Assembly (NCBI GenBank): GCA_002269645.1
Contig: NIVC01001511.1
Coordinates: 1 to 64,000 of the forward strand
Reading direction: 5' to 3'
DNA from: Macrostomum lignano
Lineage: Eukaryota
DNA: 64,000 nucleotides
A program made the translations under genes and the position numbers. Below the pieces are notes generated by a model that was not told the origin of the DNA, searched no databases, and saw nothing but the letters and a program-made list of their open reading frames with translations. Numbering within the stretch: the first letter of the stretch is position 1; the number at the start of each line of letters is the position of its first letter. Shown here one piece after another: positions 62,176 through 64,000 of this stretch.

Positions 62176-63761
62176 ACGGCTCCCTGGACCCGGCCACGCC
62201 GCTCGGAAGCCACGCACGCCTGGGAATGTTCGTCAGTCCAAGTGCCGAGTTTCGGTGAGTCCCACAGCTGCGAAATCAAATCCCACAGCGCTGGTTGTGC
62301 GAGGATTAACTCGATTCAATAAAGTTCAGAAAGTTTTGTCGTTAAGAGCAGATATTAGCTCGTAGTTCCGGCGAGATGAATTTCCATTTTCAGTTACTTC
62401 CGCCTTCACCCCGCTCTGGCCGCCTGTTTCGACGCCCTGATTGAATCTGTGTCGAACAAAGTGCGACAGAGCGCGGCTCCCGTGCTGGTGCAGCGGGCCT
62501 ACCTCACCGAGTTCGAGGAGCGCGCCATGCTTGAGCCGGCCAGCGACGCCCGGGTCGGCGGTCACCCGGAGGGCGTCGCGATGCAGGTGGCTTTTGACTC
62601 GGCCAGCCCGCTGTACCGGGCGGACCGGCACTCCGTCTGGAGACTGGCCGAGGCCGCCGCCACCATCTGCGCGCCGAGGTTTCACGAGCACCGCAGCCTG
62701 TTCGGCGTCGGGGTGTACAATGACAGCGTGTACATCGACATGAGACCGGTGGCCAAGGTGAGGGGGTCACACAAGGTGAATCAGTTGGGGTCATCTCAGG
62801 TGAATCAATTAGGGCCATCTACGGTGAATCAATTGGGGTCATCTACGATGAATCAATTGGGGTCATCTCCAGTGAATCAATTAGGGTCATCTCCAGTGAA
62901 TCAATCGGGGTCATCTCCAGTAAATCAAGTGGGGTCATCTCCAGTGAATCAAGTGGGGCCATCTCCAGTGAATCAAGTGGGGTCATCTCCAGTGAATCAA
63001 TTGGGTTCATCTCCAGTGAATCAATCGGGGTCATCTAAGGTGAATCAATCGGGGTCATCTCCAGTGAATCAATCGGGGTCATCTAAGGTGAATCAATCCG
63101 GGTCATCTCCAGTGAATCAATTGGTGTCATCTCAGGTGAATCAAAAATGGGTTAAAAAAGTGAATCAATTGGGGTAATCGCATGTGAGTCAACTGGGGAT
63201 TATCTAAAGGTGAATCAATTGGGGTCATACAAGGTGAACCAATTGGGGTCATACAAGGTGAATCAATTGGGGTCATACAAGGTGAACCAATTAGGGTCAT
63301 ACAAGGTGAACCAATTGGGGTCATACAAGGTGAACCAATTGGGGTCATACAAGGTGAACCAATTGGGGTCATACAAGGTGAACCAATTGGGGTCATCTTG
63401 GCGATTATCTAAAGTTGAATCAAAGTGAATTTCAAGCCTTTATGTGAATTCAGTCCCCAACTGTCTTTTATCCAGGTGTGGCTGCAGTGCTCACCGGAGA
63501 CCTCTCACTTCACCGTCTGCCCGCTGAAGCCGCCTCCGTCAGCAGTCACCGTGGGCGCCAGTCGCAGCTCCGGCTCGGCCTCCGAGGACTTCAAAACCTA
63601 CTTGCTGGAGAAAGCGCTGCAGGCCATTCACGGCAGAGTTGTGGAGCCTTTGGCTGGAGATGAGAACTGCGAGTTCGACCAGCCGCCGCAAGGCCAGAGC
63701 CCCGACTTTCTGTACAGGTCGCCTCCCCCTCGGCCTCAGCCTGAGGGCGATGAAGCTTTCG
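62176..63761 (+). CDS. Gene F (partial): protein with Hedgehog-N/peptidase M15 (DD-peptidase)-like domain; exons 62176-62254, 62394-62757, 63476-63761
   Basis: Phase-consistent splicing (EF-R-YFRLHPALAACFDAL; VAK|VWLQC). Motifs VLVQRAY, GGHPEGVAMQV, RLAEAA and GVGVYNDSVYIDMR parallel M15A H..G.A.D / G.G.Y...VHID.R. Upstream and downstream exons were not resolved. Confidence 0.7.
62760..63400. repeat. 24-bp minisatellite (GGTGAATCAATTGGGGTCATCTCC / ...ATACAA), two sub-arrays filling an intron of gene F
   Basis: Period 24; source of the VNQLGSSP/KVNQLGSY ORFs. Confidence 0.95.
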
Positions 63762-63769
63762 GTGCGTCC

Positions 63770-64000
63770 GCGGAGCCATAAACCCCCACTCTGTCCCATG
63801 CGGAGCCATAACCCCCCACTCTGTCCCATGCGGAGCCATACACCCCCACTCTGTCCCATGCGGAGCCATAACCCCCCACTCTGTCCCATGCGGAGCCATA
63901 CACCCCCACTCTGTCCCATGCGGAGCCATACACCCCCACTCTGTCCCATGCGGAGCCATAAACCCCCACTCTGTCCCATGCCGAGCCATAAACCCCCACT
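63770..64000. repeat. 30-bp minisatellite (CGGAGCCATAAACCCCCACTCTGTCCCATG), runs off the window end
   Basis: Period 30. Confidence 0.96.

Overview
Eukaryotic (animal) genomic DNA, not prokaryotic. Short GC-rich exons with GT-AG introns are embedded in AT-rich DNA crowded with micro- and minisatellites. The style (Ala/Gln/Pro-rich exons, (TCTG)n and (TAG)n runs, exon-hugging minisatellites) suggests a free-living flatworm such as Macrostomum, which is inference only. Hand-spliced, phase-consistent gene models: (A) 3-exon two-TM protein, 3003-5619; (B) 6-exon, ~794-aa single-pass membrane protein, 17278-44631, with a tiny ectodomain, juxtamembrane CFC and about 9 YxxPhi motifs (transmembrane-adaptor-like); (C) secreted PAN/Apple + F-type lectin gene, 49473-50259; (D) secreted PAN/Apple + ALK/LTK-type glycine-rich protein, 53494-56309; (E) pseudogenised paralogue of C, 57452-60021; (F) part of a gene with a Hedgehog-N/peptidase-M15-like domain, 62176-63761. 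Two orphan ORFs are also present. Mobile DNA: a full-length dead mariner, a 5'-truncated RTEX-like LINE joined to a 117-bp inverted duplication, a Merlin transposase scrap, a head-to-tail trimer of a ~2.5-kb Helitron-like element, three CORE-SINE copies and a nested, end-inverted piggyBac-like element. No rRNA, true tRNA or CRISPR array was found. Most long ORFs in the supplied track are artefacts of simple repeats.
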